IMG/VR virus record: IMGVR_UViG_3300038829_000100 | Coordinates: 1 to 47,479 of that record | DNA from: a virus | Taxonomy: Duplodnaviria > Caudoviricetes | Strand: one strand, 5' to 3' | DNA length: 47,479 nucleotides | Shown: positions 27,823 to 35,312 of the stretch, piece after piece | How positions within the stretch are numbered: the stretch's first letter is position 1 | How the letters are laid out: every line of letters begins with the position of its first letter | Position numbers and translations under genes: made by a program | The notes under the pieces: model-generated | The model's input: only the letters and a program-made list of their open reading frames with translations | The model's database searches: none | What the model was told of the DNA's origin: nothing

Positions 27823-28671
27823 TTAGGCAGCTTTGACTGGTGTACCTCCGGCTGTTGCTATGCGTTTCTTGTAAGCTTCGATTACAGGAACGAAGCTTGG
27901 TTCGAGTTTCGCTGAGAGTGGCAGCGACCTGCATTTAAGATCGGTGTTGATGGCGGTGGTAGACCAGTGAAAGCTGATGCCTTCACGGTAAGCCATCACC
28001 ACCTCAGAGAAGAAGCGAGGCACTTTAGGTGCAAGTTTGCGACCCAGCGTGGAGGCCATGATTTGCTGTCCGCCGGTTACTTCATTAACCTCACGTTCAA
28101 GGTGGGCTGTTAGAGCGAAGGGACACTTAAGACCCGAGGTTAATGCTAACAGCAGCTTGTCAAGCATATTCATGGCAACTCCCCACTCGCCCTGATGCGC
28201 GGAGACCTTATCGCCAATTACGAGGTCCATGGCCATCGAGTTAAGGCCAGAGAGAGAGTCAACAGCTAGAGCTTTTGTCGCGTCAAAAGCATCGACCGGG
28301 CCAAACTCTTTCCCGGTGCGTTCGCATTTGAAGTTAGCGAGGGTGCTGAGAACGTCGTGGAATTTAGCGGTGTTACGACCGGCAGTTGGGCGCAGCTTGC
28401 TTAGACTTTCGTAGTCCATTAGGCCAACTTTGGCGGCCATGTCGGCTAGGTTGGTGAAGCCGGCGCGGGCGGGCGTGACTTGATGCCAATGAAGCTTGTC
28501 GATGGGGAGCTTCTTGCGTTCAACGGCGTCGAGGAGGGAGTCAAGCCCGGTTGGTTCGGTGATGAGGACGAATAGATCGAGCCCGGCTTCTATGAAGGTA
28601 GAGAGAGAATAGGTCTTGCCACTGCCGGTGCCGCCCATTAGTAGTACGGAGGGAGGTTGGATGATAGCCAT
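27823..28671 (-). CDS. Sak4-like / AAA_24 recombination ATPase
   Basis: Walker A GGTGSGKT, VDSLS, TAHLERE and GRKLAPKVPRFFSEV motifs. Confidence 0.8.
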   Translation of the reverse strand: MAIIQPPSVLLMGGTGSGKTYSLSTFIEAGLDLFVLITEPTGLDSLLDAVERKKLPIDKLHWHQVTPARAGFTNLADMAAKVGLMDYESLSKLRPTAGRNTAKFHDVLSTLANFKCERTGKEFGPVDAFDATKALAVDSLSGLNSMAMDLVIGDKVSAHQGEWGVAMNMLDKLLLALTSGLKCPFALTAHLEREVNEVTGGQQIMASTLGRKLAPKVPRFFSEVVMAYREGISFHWSTTAINTDLKCRSLPLSAKLEPSFVPVIEAYKKRIATAGGTPVKAA

Positions 28672-28914
28672 TTACTTACCTACTTTTCCAAACAAGTATA
28701 ACTCAACTATAGCCAGGCCAACGTCTAGATTTACCTTCTCTATCAGCAAGTGCTCTAAATGTCCTGTGCGTGGTAGAGTGTCATTATCGGTATCGTCATA
28801 AACATTTTTCACTAGGCGTATGAACCACATGCCTGTACCCGGTATTAGTTTAATTATCAAAGTTAAGTTTGATAGGTTAGCCTCTTGGCCTAACTCTTCT
28901 AAGGTTTTTGACAT
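28672..28914 (-). CDS. Hypothetical protein (AT-rich)
   Basis: 80-aa ORF abutting the ATPase start. Confidence 0.5.
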   Translation of the reverse strand: MSKTLEELGQEANLSNLTLIIKLIPGTGMWFIRLVKNVYDDTDNDTLPRTGHLEHLLIEKVNLDVGLAIVELYLFGKVGK

Positions 28915-28965
28915 TAAGATATTACCTTTGCTGATGCGTATGTTGATATAGTTGGGTGGGTAGGT

Positions 28966-29169
28966 TTAGCGCTCCTTTATAGTTTCAACCATTCCAAGCA
29001 ACTCAACACGGCTTTTGAGGTTACAATAGATAACGTCGTTGGTGTCCTCTGTTTCAATGACGAGTAATATTTTAAGCTGTGTAGTATCGCCGCCTGAATA
29101 AATGTAAGTAGTGAGGAGGCGCAAAAGGTCGAAAGGTGTTAACTCTCCACCGTTTTCAGCTTTATTCAT
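28966..29169 (-). CDS. Hypothetical protein (AT-rich)
   Basis: Start reassigned to ATG 29169 (MNKAENG) after GAGG. Confidence 0.5.
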   Translation of the reverse strand: MNKAENGGELTPFDLLRLLTTYIYSGGDTTQLKILLVIETEDTNDVIYCNLKSRVELLGMVETIKER

Positions 29170-29192
29170 TAAAGCCTCGCTGACGATTTGTT

Positions 29193-30128
29193 CTAATCGA
29201 CCGCTGTTATTGGGCTCCATGTTCGCTCCTGATAGTTGTTTAGGAAGGTTGAAGGATCTTTAGCGAGACAGAGCGTCTTATAGGGACAACCGCCATAGCT
29301 AGAACAACTGTCGGCAAAATTGTAGTCCCATTGGTTGTGGTCGAAGCACCAGACTATACGGGCGAGCGTGTTATAAAGCTCATGCTCCCATCTTTCAATG
29401 AGATGGTTGCTGTAACGGATCGGGCACGGGAGAAATTGCGTCTGGGTCTTTTGAATGGCCACCCCGCGGACGATCGCATCACTAACGTGGTGGCCAAGCC
29501 GGCGGCACGCCCAGCAGTAACCAACAAACTGGCCGCGCATATCCCACGACTGTAGCCAGTAGGAACCGAGAGCGCCTGTGGTCTTTTCGTCCAAGATAAC
29601 AGGGAGATCGCCGAATGTTCCAAGCATATCGAAACGACCGCAGAAGATGAAAGGTTCGCCGGAGATAGGGTGCTTAACGACCGGCGCCAGCGGTATAGCG
29701 AAACTAAATTCACTCGTGCAGCTGCCGTCTTCGCGGCGAATGGGTTGGACTGGGTCATCGAATGGATGAAACTCCTCAACATATTTAGCTAAGGCGTCGA
29801 GCATATTCTCGAAGCTCTTAGCGTGCCCGCCGGGGGCGTCGTAGTCGCCCCACTGCCTGAGGAAGGCTCTAGTTCCAGCTATCATTAGGTCTGGAGCTGA
29901 AAGTTTTCGCGAGATCGAAAACTGGAGCTTGCGAACGGCGTCGATTCCGGCAGCAAAAGAGGCCCCGGCAATGAGATGGATGCTCTCACCGCACGGGACC
30001 TTATTGACGACATAGTTCCAGTAAAACTTGCGCGGGCACGCTCTAAAGGTTGCCAGCATAGAGCTGTCGATATAGGCGGGCAGGCTTGGAGTGAGATCGT
30101 CCACGGCGGCGGTTCCCTCAAAAGGCAT
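29193..30128 (-). CDS. Cas4-like / PD-(D/E)XK exonuclease
   Basis: SSML..F.ACPRK, GRFD...ILDEKTT, Q..GY and C-terminal C....GCPY...C (four-Cys Fe-S staple pattern). Confidence 0.85.
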   Translation of the reverse strand: MPFEGTAAVDDLTPSLPAYIDSSMLATFRACPRKFYWNYVVNKVPCGESIHLIAGASFAAGIDAVRKLQFSISRKLSAPDLMIAGTRAFLRQWGDYDAPGGHAKSFENMLDALAKYVEEFHPFDDPVQPIRREDGSCTSEFSFAIPLAPVVKHPISGEPFIFCGRFDMLGTFGDLPVILDEKTTGALGSYWLQSWDMRGQFVGYCWACRRLGHHVSDAIVRGVAIQKTQTQFLPCPIRYSNHLIERWEHELYNTLARIVWCFDHNQWDYNFADSCSSYGGCPYKTLCLAKDPSTFLNNYQERTWSPITAVD

Positions 30129-30359
30129 TTAACCTAGCAGGCTGTTTAGATCGTCGTCAGTCATTGGACCTTTCTTTTTCTTGGCTGTCTTGGCTTTAGC
30201 CGGTCCGGCCGTAGTGCGGCGCAGCACACGCGACAACTCAAGCAAGCGGCGGATTTCGCCGTCGGAAAGCTCTTCGCGAAGGCCCCTAGACTTCAGCTCT
30301 TCCAGCTCGCTGGCAACAGCTATAAGGTCGGCTTCGGGAAAAGGAACATCGTCCGTCAT
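30129..30359 (-). CDS. Hypothetical protein
   Basis: 76 aa with AAGGAG upstream; coupled to the RHH-like gene. Confidence 0.6.
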   Translation of the reverse strand: MTDDVPFPEADLIAVASELEELKSRGLREELSDGEIRRLLELSRVLRRTTAGPAKAKTAKKKKGPMTDDDLNSLLG

Positions 30360-30550
30360 GGCAAGGAGCTTTCCGTTTCAGAGGTTTCAGCAAGATAGCG
30401 ACGAAGTAATTCAGCAACTAGCTGGCTACGTGCGCCATAATCAGGTTTGCCGGTTGCGGGATTGAAGCAACGAACCTCGATAGCTACGGCAATTTCTTCG
30501 GGCAGCCATAGACGCCAGATGATCTTGCGGCCTTTGGTAGCGGTGCCCAT
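30356..30550 (-). CDS. Putative ribbon-helix-helix DNA-binding regulator
   Basis: Start reassigned to ATG 30550 (GGAG RBS). IIWRLWLPEEIA...GARSQLVAELLRRYL fits a strand-helix-helix pattern. Confidence 0.55.
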   Translation of the reverse strand: MGTATKGRKIIWRLWLPEEIAVAIEVRCFNPATGKPDYGARSQLVAELLRRYLAETSETESSLP

Positions 30551-30578
30551 ATCGCGGTTGGCTCCATTTGGTAAGGAA

Positions 30579-30682
30579 GGCCCCGGTGCAGGAGGGAACA
30601 GCACCGGGGCCAAAGCGCCAGCCGCGGGGGGACGGAGCCGGCGCTCGCGGTGAGGGAAGAAAGGTAGAACCCTCACCTTAAC
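30579..30682 (-). ncRNA. Candidate structured leader / sRNA of three tandem hairpins with C/U-rich loops
   Basis: GGTGAGGG-ttctacctttctt-CCCTCACC; AGCGCCGGC-tccgtccccccgcg-GCTGGCGCT; GGCCCCGGTGC-tgttccctcct-GCACCGGGGCC, directly downstream of a sigma70-like promoter. Confidence 0.55.
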
Positions 30683-30688
30683 GATAGG

Positions 30689-30717
30689 ACTGTAGCACAA
30701 GAAAGGGCGTTTGGCAA
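30689..30717 (-). promoter_or_regulatory. Sigma70-type promoter for the recombination/replication operon
   Basis: TTGCCA-17 nt-TACAGT with TG just upstream of the -10; palindrome TCACA-AAA-TGTGA at 30719-30731. Confidence 0.6.
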
Positions 30718-30764
30718 ATCACAAAATGTGACAACACGCGCCCTTCTTACCCTGGTGGTCCTTT

Positions 30765-31100
30765 CTATTCAGGTAGTTCCGGTAGTTCTGGTGTAGGAGC
30801 TTCTTCACTCTCTACAGAATCTAGCAATAGTTGAAGATCTTGGTCTTTGCTTTCAAGCAGCACCAGATAGTTGCTCGCTGCGTCTCGTATGATGCGGATG
30901 GTTTGATGTTTGGTAGCCTCGTAAAGGTCGTGCTTGTCAAGGTGCATGGCTTTGCGCAGATCGTAGAGACGAAAGCGCAAACGAGATGATTTCTTGCGGC
31001 CCTCCTCGCCGGAGCCACAGTTGAGGGTGAAGGTGCCGTCGCGTACTACGGCACGCCAGACGTCGATAAGCTTTTCGCCGAAGCGATCGAGACGTGACAT
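30765..31100 (-). CDS. Hypothetical protein
   Basis: 111 aa, AGGAG RBS. Confidence 0.65.
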   Translation of the reverse strand: MSRLDRFGEKLIDVWRAVVRDGTFTLNCGSGEEGRKKSSRLRFRLYDLRKAMHLDKHDLYEATKHQTIRIIRDAASNYLVLLESKDQDLQLLLDSVESEEAPTPELPELPE

Positions 31101-31113
31101 GGGCGTTAGTCTC

Positions 31114-31506
31114 CTAAGTTAAGTCGTCAAGAAGGTTGTTAAGATCTAAGTCGTTAAGTTGCGTAGCTTGCGCTACACGCTTTCGTTTTGTGTTTGGGTA
31201 ATAGCGGGCCTTGTCTTTTTCTTGAACCGTCCCCCAGTCTTCGTGCGTGCTTACTAAGGTAAAGTTGGTAGGTAGTGGTGTTAAGTCTGGGGCTATACAG
31301 CGAAAACAAATGGGGGCTTCTTTTTGCCAAGCTGTGGCAAAGCGAATACTTTGCTCTTCCACGGTAAGGTGATCAAAGTGTCTTGTTTCGCTGAAGACAA
31401 AAGAAGGGGCACCGCCGGGGGCGATAGCTTCTATGTTGCTATCAATCCAGCGGTGCCCACAGTTACGACAGGTAGTTTCGCATACTACAAGTTGAAGCGT
31501 GATCAT
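31114..31506 (-). CDS. Hypothetical protein with CxxC motifs
   Basis: CRNC and CFRC; ATGA-coupled. Confidence 0.6.
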   Translation of the reverse strand: MITLQLVVCETTCRNCGHRWIDSNIEAIAPGGAPSFVFSETRHFDHLTVEEQSIRFATAWQKEAPICFRCIAPDLTPLPTNFTLVSTHEDWGTVQEKDKARYYPNTKRKRVAQATQLNDLDLNNLLDDLT

Positions 31507-31763
31507 TGAAGGTTTCTCTTTTGAGCTTCAAAGCGTTTGCGACTGCGGCTGACCGCCGCTTGCATTGCTTCGTAGTCGCGCTTGTAGTCGTCTATCAGGG
31601 TTTCGAGTAGTGGAAGGCAGGCTTTGGTGCGAAGGTTAGTTTCCTTCAGTTCGTAGGCAAGCAAGCTGAGGGCTAGTGCTAGCCTGTAGTCGTCACTTTC
31701 GTCAGCGAAGAAGTGACGACGAATGGTCGAGACCGCCTGTATCATCTTGGTCGATATGCGCAT
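31503..31763 (-). CDS. Hypothetical protein
   Basis: Start reassigned to ATG 31763 after GAGGAG; overlaps the 3' end of the upstream gene. Confidence 0.55.
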   Translation of the reverse strand: MRISTKMIQAVSTIRRHFFADESDDYRLALALSLLAYELKETNLRTKACLPLLETLIDDYKRDYEAMQAAVSRSRKRFEAQKRNLQ

Positions 31764-32967
31764 GGGTAGTCTCCTCAAAGTTAGGTTGGTGTTGAAGTCT
31801 GAAAGCTGCGTATTCGGCAAGACGGTCTATGAGATAGTCTTGAAAGCCGCGGCTCTCGTCGGAAAAGCCGTGCGTTAAGTGCAGATACTCTTCGATAAGA
31901 GTACCTGTTACGCAACGCTGGCCTTTAGTGAAGGCAAGCGAGCTGATGTAGATTTCGTTGTTTTGGGCTTTGCCCAGAATGCCGTTGGCTATCGAGTTGA
32001 CGACGTTGATCGGAAAGGCTGAGAGATCGGTGTAGCCGATAGCTGCGGCTTGATTGATGGCGACTGTTATCATGACAGCTTCGACGTTAGAAGCTGCCCG
32101 GCGCTTAGCTAGTTTGATCGGACGTTTGGAGTGGTGAAGTTCGAGAAGCGTTGGTAAGAGGCGTCCGCCCTTCGGGGTCTTGGTTATTTCCTCGATTAGA
32201 TCGAGGCCGGCTTCAGTGCAGTCGCTCATAAGTGAGGTGTAGTTGAATTGGCTTTCAGCGTGGTGTTGAGAGACGGTAAAAATATCGGTGATTAGTGCAG
32301 GGTCTTGCTCGGCTGCGTGCATAATGCCGCTGGTGATTAAGGCTTGAGCCATCCAAGGTGAGGCTAAAGTACGGTCCTCGGTAAGAGCTATGCTGGCTTG
32401 TATGTTGTAGGTGTAGTTAGAAGGTATTTCTGTTTCACCTACCTTGATGCCGCGGTAGAAGATGCTGCTAGAAGGTCCGGCGTGGATTGAAACATAGCGG
32501 TTGGTGACGATGGGGTCGGTGGAGAGAATGAACTCGTGGCGGCGGCTGTAGGCTTGATCGAATTCGCTCCAGCCGATGATCATGATGCTGGTGCTGAGAG
32601 CGTCAGGCTTGCGATAAGAGGTGAAGGTTTGGCCGCCTTCGTCCATGGTGTTGGTGATCAGTTCGCGAACTGCCATCCAGGGCTTCCAATCGCGGCCCAA
32701 ATCGGTGGTGAAGCCGAGAGGGCGGCCGTCGAGCAGGACGAGATCGAAAGCTTTGCCGCGGCTTTCGTGAGGCACGGTGGTGAAGAGGTAAGGCTCTTCT
32801 CCGATCCACAGCTCCACGCGAGCGTTGGCGCGAAGGGCGCAGGCAACAGCATACTTGAAGCCGGTGCCGAAGTAGCCGATCGGGTTAGTGGAGGTCTTGG
32901 CGTTGACGCCGAGGGTGGTGAGAGCAATGAGATCGGCGTGGCCGGGGGTGATGAATGAGGTGGTCAT
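31702..32967 (-). CDS. GHKL/HATPase-like protein (apparently permuted) with C-terminal zincin-like EExxH motif
   Basis: IGYFGTGFKYA (G2-like) precedes AVRELITNTMDEG (N-box-like); C-terminal TLIEEYLHL..GFSD. Confidence 0.6.
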   Translation of the reverse strand: MTTSFITPGHADLIALTTLGVNAKTSTNPIGYFGTGFKYAVACALRANARVELWIGEEPYLFTTVPHESRGKAFDLVLLDGRPLGFTTDLGRDWKPWMAVRELITNTMDEGGQTFTSYRKPDALSTSIMIIGWSEFDQAYSRRHEFILSTDPIVTNRYVSIHAGPSSSIFYRGIKVGETEIPSNYTYNIQASIALTEDRTLASPWMAQALITSGIMHAAEQDPALITDIFTVSQHHAESQFNYTSLMSDCTEAGLDLIEEITKTPKGGRLLPTLLELHHSKRPIKLAKRRAASNVEAVMITVAINQAAAIGYTDLSAFPINVVNSIANGILGKAQNNEIYISSLAFTKGQRCVTGTLIEEYLHLTHGFSDESRGFQDYLIDRLAEYAAFRLQHQPNFEETTHAHIDQDDTGGLDHSSSLLR

Positions 32968-32972
32968 GGTAG

Positions 32973-33113
32973 TTAGCCTTTCTTCTTGCGGTTTGCTTCG
33001 CGGGCGGCCTGGGCTTTTTCGCGGGCGATGGCTTCACTTACGCTGCGGCCGCGCGCAGCTTTATAGCGATGGCGAATGCGGCGGTGGGAGGCTTTGCGTT
33101 GTGCGATGGTCAA
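32973..33113 (-). CDS. 46-aa highly basic early protein
   Basis: TTG start at 33113 after GGAG: MTIAQRKASHRRIRHRYKAARG...RKKKG. Confidence 0.5.
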   Translation of the reverse strand: MTIAQRKASHRRIRHRYKAARGRSVSEAIAREKAQAAREANRKKKG

Positions 33114-33174
33114 AGCGTGTACTCCGGTAGGTTTGCACGACGAAAGGGCGCTGCATTTGCGCAGCGCCCTGACG

Positions 33175-33387
33175 CTAGAGCGTGATAAGGGTGGTAGGCT
33201 CAGGCTCGAGCCCGCATTCGATTGCGCGCTCGAGAGTATAGGGCTCTGCGAAGCAGATGTCGCAGAGGTCGTGCTTGCTGTAGTTCTCCTCGGCCGCCCA
33301 CGCCATAGCCATCTGCATCGCGTGGTGGAAATCAGGGGCCTCAACAAGTTCAGGTACGTGATTTACGAAGATGATGAACTTAGGCAT
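33175..33387 (-). CDS. Small early hypothetical protein
   Basis: 70 aa, AAGGAG RBS. Confidence 0.65.
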   Translation of the reverse strand: MPKFIIFVNHVPELVEAPDFHHAMQMAMAWAAEENYSKHDLCDICFAEPYTLERAIECGLEPEPTTLITL

Positions 33388-33399
33388 TGAAAGCTCTCC

Positions 33400-33591
33400 T
33401 TAGAAGCAAGTGTCGCAGCTGCAGTGATTGTGCTTGCCGCTTTCGCAACTGCGGCTGGCGTCGTGCGACGGATGGAAGTCCAGTCGCTCTTCCCAGCAAC
33501 GGTCGCAGTAGGGGCAGAGACCCAAGTCAAGGCGGTGACGGCGAACTTGAGGCAGGGGAGCCTCTTTAGTGACGGTTTGGTTGTCGTTCAT
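33400..33591 (-). CDS. Small Cys/His-rich early protein
   Basis: Start 33591 after GGAG; CPYC...HPSH...C...HCSCDTCF. Confidence 0.65.
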   Translation of the reverse strand: MNDNQTVTKEAPLPQVRRHRLDLGLCPYCDRCWEERLDFHPSHDASRSCESGKHNHCSCDTCF

Positions 33592-33616
33592 GGTGGTGTT
33601 CTCCGTGATAGTCAGG

Positions 33617-33666
33617 GTGACTATCTCACAGGAGCGGACGAGCCGCTCCTGGAAGTTAGGCACTTA
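33617..33666 (-). repeat. Intergenic stem-loop unit, diverged copy
   Basis: TAA GTGCCTAACT..CAGGAGCGG-ctcgt-CCGCTCCTG..AGATAGTCAC; same geometry as the other copies with an A.A mismatch in place of G.G. Confidence 0.65.
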
Positions 33667-34029
33667 AGCTCCGACGCCGAAGGGTCCGTTGTTGCGGGCT
33701 TCCTCGTCGGCTTCCTCTTTCTTGATAGTCTCCAGCTGCTTTTCGATGGCTCTTGGCGTTCGCTGGTTACGCCAAGTTAAGTCAAAGCTGTCCATTGCTT
33801 TCTCTGGGGTTTCACCTACACCCCAGAGGCCCTCCTCTTCCCCAGCATTACTGTCGCCGGGCAAGACTGCGACCCAATACGAGCCTCTAGCTTTTAGGAC
33901 TGCTTTGTAGATGACGTGAGGTGCGGTGAGCTTCTCACGGATAGTGTCGGCTGCTTGCTGTATGGAGGTTTGAATTGCTTCGACAGCAAACGATATTCCA
34001 TGGTCGTCTTTAGGCGGGTAGTATCCCAT
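33664..34029 (-). CDS. Early hypothetical protein
   Basis: Start 34029 (MGYYPP) after AGGAGG; GVGETPEKAMDSFD motif. Confidence 0.7.
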   Translation of the reverse strand: MGYYPPKDDHGISFAVEAIQTSIQQAADTIREKLTAPHVIYKAVLKARGSYWVAVLPGDSNAGEEEGLWGVGETPEKAMDSFDLTWRNQRTPRAIEKQLETIKKEEADEEARNNGPFGVGA

Positions 34030-34048
34030 GATCTTTCCTCCTGGTGCG

Positions 34049-34098
34049 GTGCGCACCCTAGGAGAGACGCAACTGCGTCTCCCCCGGCTAGGCACTTA
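34049..34098 (-). repeat. Intergenic stem-loop unit
   Basis: TAA GTGCCTAGCC..GGGAGACGC-agtt-GCGTCTCTC..GGGTGCGCAC. Confidence 0.8.
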
Positions 34099-34332
34099 GA
34101 GAAGGTCGTAGTAGGAGCCTAGCAGTGACTTGGCGCGGGTGCGCCCCACTATGGCTAGGAGGATAGGGAAGCGAAAAGAGGCTAGTGCCAAGTTCCCCTC
34201 TTGGTAGGCAGTAATCAATGTGCGGGCGAAGGCTCTTGCGTCGGCGATGTCGGAGTCAGAGAAGTCCCACTCGTATTTCGCGTCGGCTAAGGCTATTCGC
34301 GCCTCTAGTGAGGTAGAGAAGTTCTGTTGCAT
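34096..34332 (-). CDS. Early hypothetical protein
   Basis: Start 34332 (MQQNF) after GAGG. Confidence 0.6.
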   Translation of the reverse strand: MQQNFSTSLEARIALADAKYEWDFSDSDIADARAFARTLITAYQEGNLALASFRFPILLAIVGRTRAKSLLGSYYDLL

Positions 34333-34354
34333 TTGGTGGGCCTCGAAGGTTTGA

Positions 34355-34405
34355 GTGAACACCCTAAGGGAGGCGCGGTGGCGCCTCCCCCCGGCTGTGC
34401 ACTTA
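34355..34405 (-). repeat. Intergenic stem-loop unit
   Basis: TAA GTGCACAGCC..GGGAGGCGC-cacc-GCGCCTCCC..GGGTGTTCAC. Confidence 0.8.
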
Positions 34406-34711
34406 TGCCGTGTTCTGTTCGGGCTTCTTGTAGCTGAACGGTGGAATAGACACGGCAGTCAAGTCCAGAACGCTGGTAGGCCATTCACGATCGTTCTGCT
34501 CGCAGATCGCTTTGTCGTCGGGTGCGTTGATCCAGAACGAAAGGTCGGATTCGTTCTGGTCGCCGAAGTTGAAGTTGACGGATGAGCCGTCTTTCAATTC
34601 GATAGTAAAAAGCCCAACGTCTTGTGGATCTGCTCCGTCACGATCGGTCTGATGCCAGGAGAGAGCAGCAGACTGAAGAACAGCAATCAGTGTTTGTGCT
34701 TGCGTAATCAT
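34403..34711 (-). CDS. Early hypothetical (acidic) protein
   Basis: 102 aa, AGGAGG RBS. Confidence 0.7.
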   Translation of the reverse strand: MITQAQTLIAVLQSAALSWHQTDRDGADPQDVGLFTIELKDGSSVNFNFGDQNESDLSFWINAPDDKAICEQNDREWPTSVLDLTAVSIPPFSYKKPEQNTA

Positions 34712-34741
34712 TTGGTAGTTCCTCCTGTTTGGTGTTCTTGA

Positions 34742-34787
34742 GTGAGCACCCGTGAGAGCGCCCCGTAGGGCGCTCTCGGCTGCTTAC
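34742..34787 (-). repeat. Intergenic stem-loop unit
   Basis: GTAAGCAGCC-GAGAGCGCCC-tacg-GGGCGCTCTC-AC-GGGTGCTCAC. Confidence 0.85.
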
Positions 34788-34921
34788 TTGCGGAGGACTT
34801 TCCGCTTTAGGGCGGCATTCACGAATTGGTGCGGAGCGAATTGCACCATCGTGGCGTTGTCGAGCAAATTGCCCTTGTGGTCGGTGTCTCGCGTGTAGGA
34901 AGGCAATAAAGGTTTGGGCAT
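34784..34921 (-). CDS. 45-aa early protein (not in ORF track)
   Basis: MPKPLLPSYTRDTDHKGNLLDNATMVQFAPHQFVNAALKRKVLRK; GGAG RBS; its stop lies inside the repeat unit. Confidence 0.65.
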   Translation of the reverse strand: MPKPLLPSYTRDTDHKGNLLDNATMVQFAPHQFVNAALKRKVLRK

Positions 34922-34947
34922 TTTAGTGGCTCCCGTGGGTTTGGTGC

Positions 34948-34990
34948 TAAGCACCCGTGGCAGGCCCCGTTAGGGCCTACCGGCTGCTTA
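34948..34990 (-). repeat. Intergenic stem-loop unit
   Basis: TAAGCAGCC-GGTAGGCCC-taacg-GGGCCTGCC-AC-GGGTGCTTA. Confidence 0.85.
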
Positions 34991-35191
34991 TAATAGGCGA
35001 GTGCGTAGACGTTCGAGTCGCGCTTGGCACAAGTGTAGCTTGAAGGGCGGATGGGCCACCAACGAAGCGCGGAGGGGTTTATCTCGCAGCACTTCTGCAA
35101 CCCGTTTGTAGTAGTTCTTGCGCCACCGCTTTTTGTGTGCCTTGCAGTAGGTCTTGAAGGCGACTAGGAAATCGTCGGCCGTGTATTGCAT
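34988..35191 (-). CDS. Basic early hypothetical protein (first gene of the early operon)
   Basis: 67 aa, AGGAG RBS, downstream of promoter motif copy 1. Confidence 0.65.
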   Translation of the reverse strand: MQYTADDFLVAFKTYCKAHKKRWRKNYYKRVAEVLRDKPLRASLVAHPPFKLHLCQARLERLRTRLL

Positions 35192-35222
35192 GGGCGTTGG
35201 CTCCTGGAAGTAGAAGAGTCGT

Positions 35223-35260
35223 CAGTATGGCATAGGAATGTGGCGGAATTGTGGCGATTG
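35223..35260 (-). promoter_or_regulatory. Early promoter motif, copy 1 (GCC-N8-GCC-N12-CATACT)
   Basis: 31/38 identical to 36289-36326; upstream palindrome ATGTGGCAATATTGTCACAT at 35273-35292. Confidence 0.7.
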
Positions 35261-35312
35261 TAAAATTGGCACATGTGGCAATATTGTCACATTTGGGATA
35301 TTGGGTGATTGG

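Noticed and set aside
30551-30700. N-terminal extension of the 30356..30700 ORF
   Set aside because: The TTG start lies within the promoter, the extension is hairpin sequence, and a GGAG RBS supports ATG 30550.
33131-34990. CRISPR array (given the Cas4-like gene)
   Set aside because: The repeats are not identical and are separated by whole genes of 140-370 bp; no cas1, cas2 or effector genes are present.
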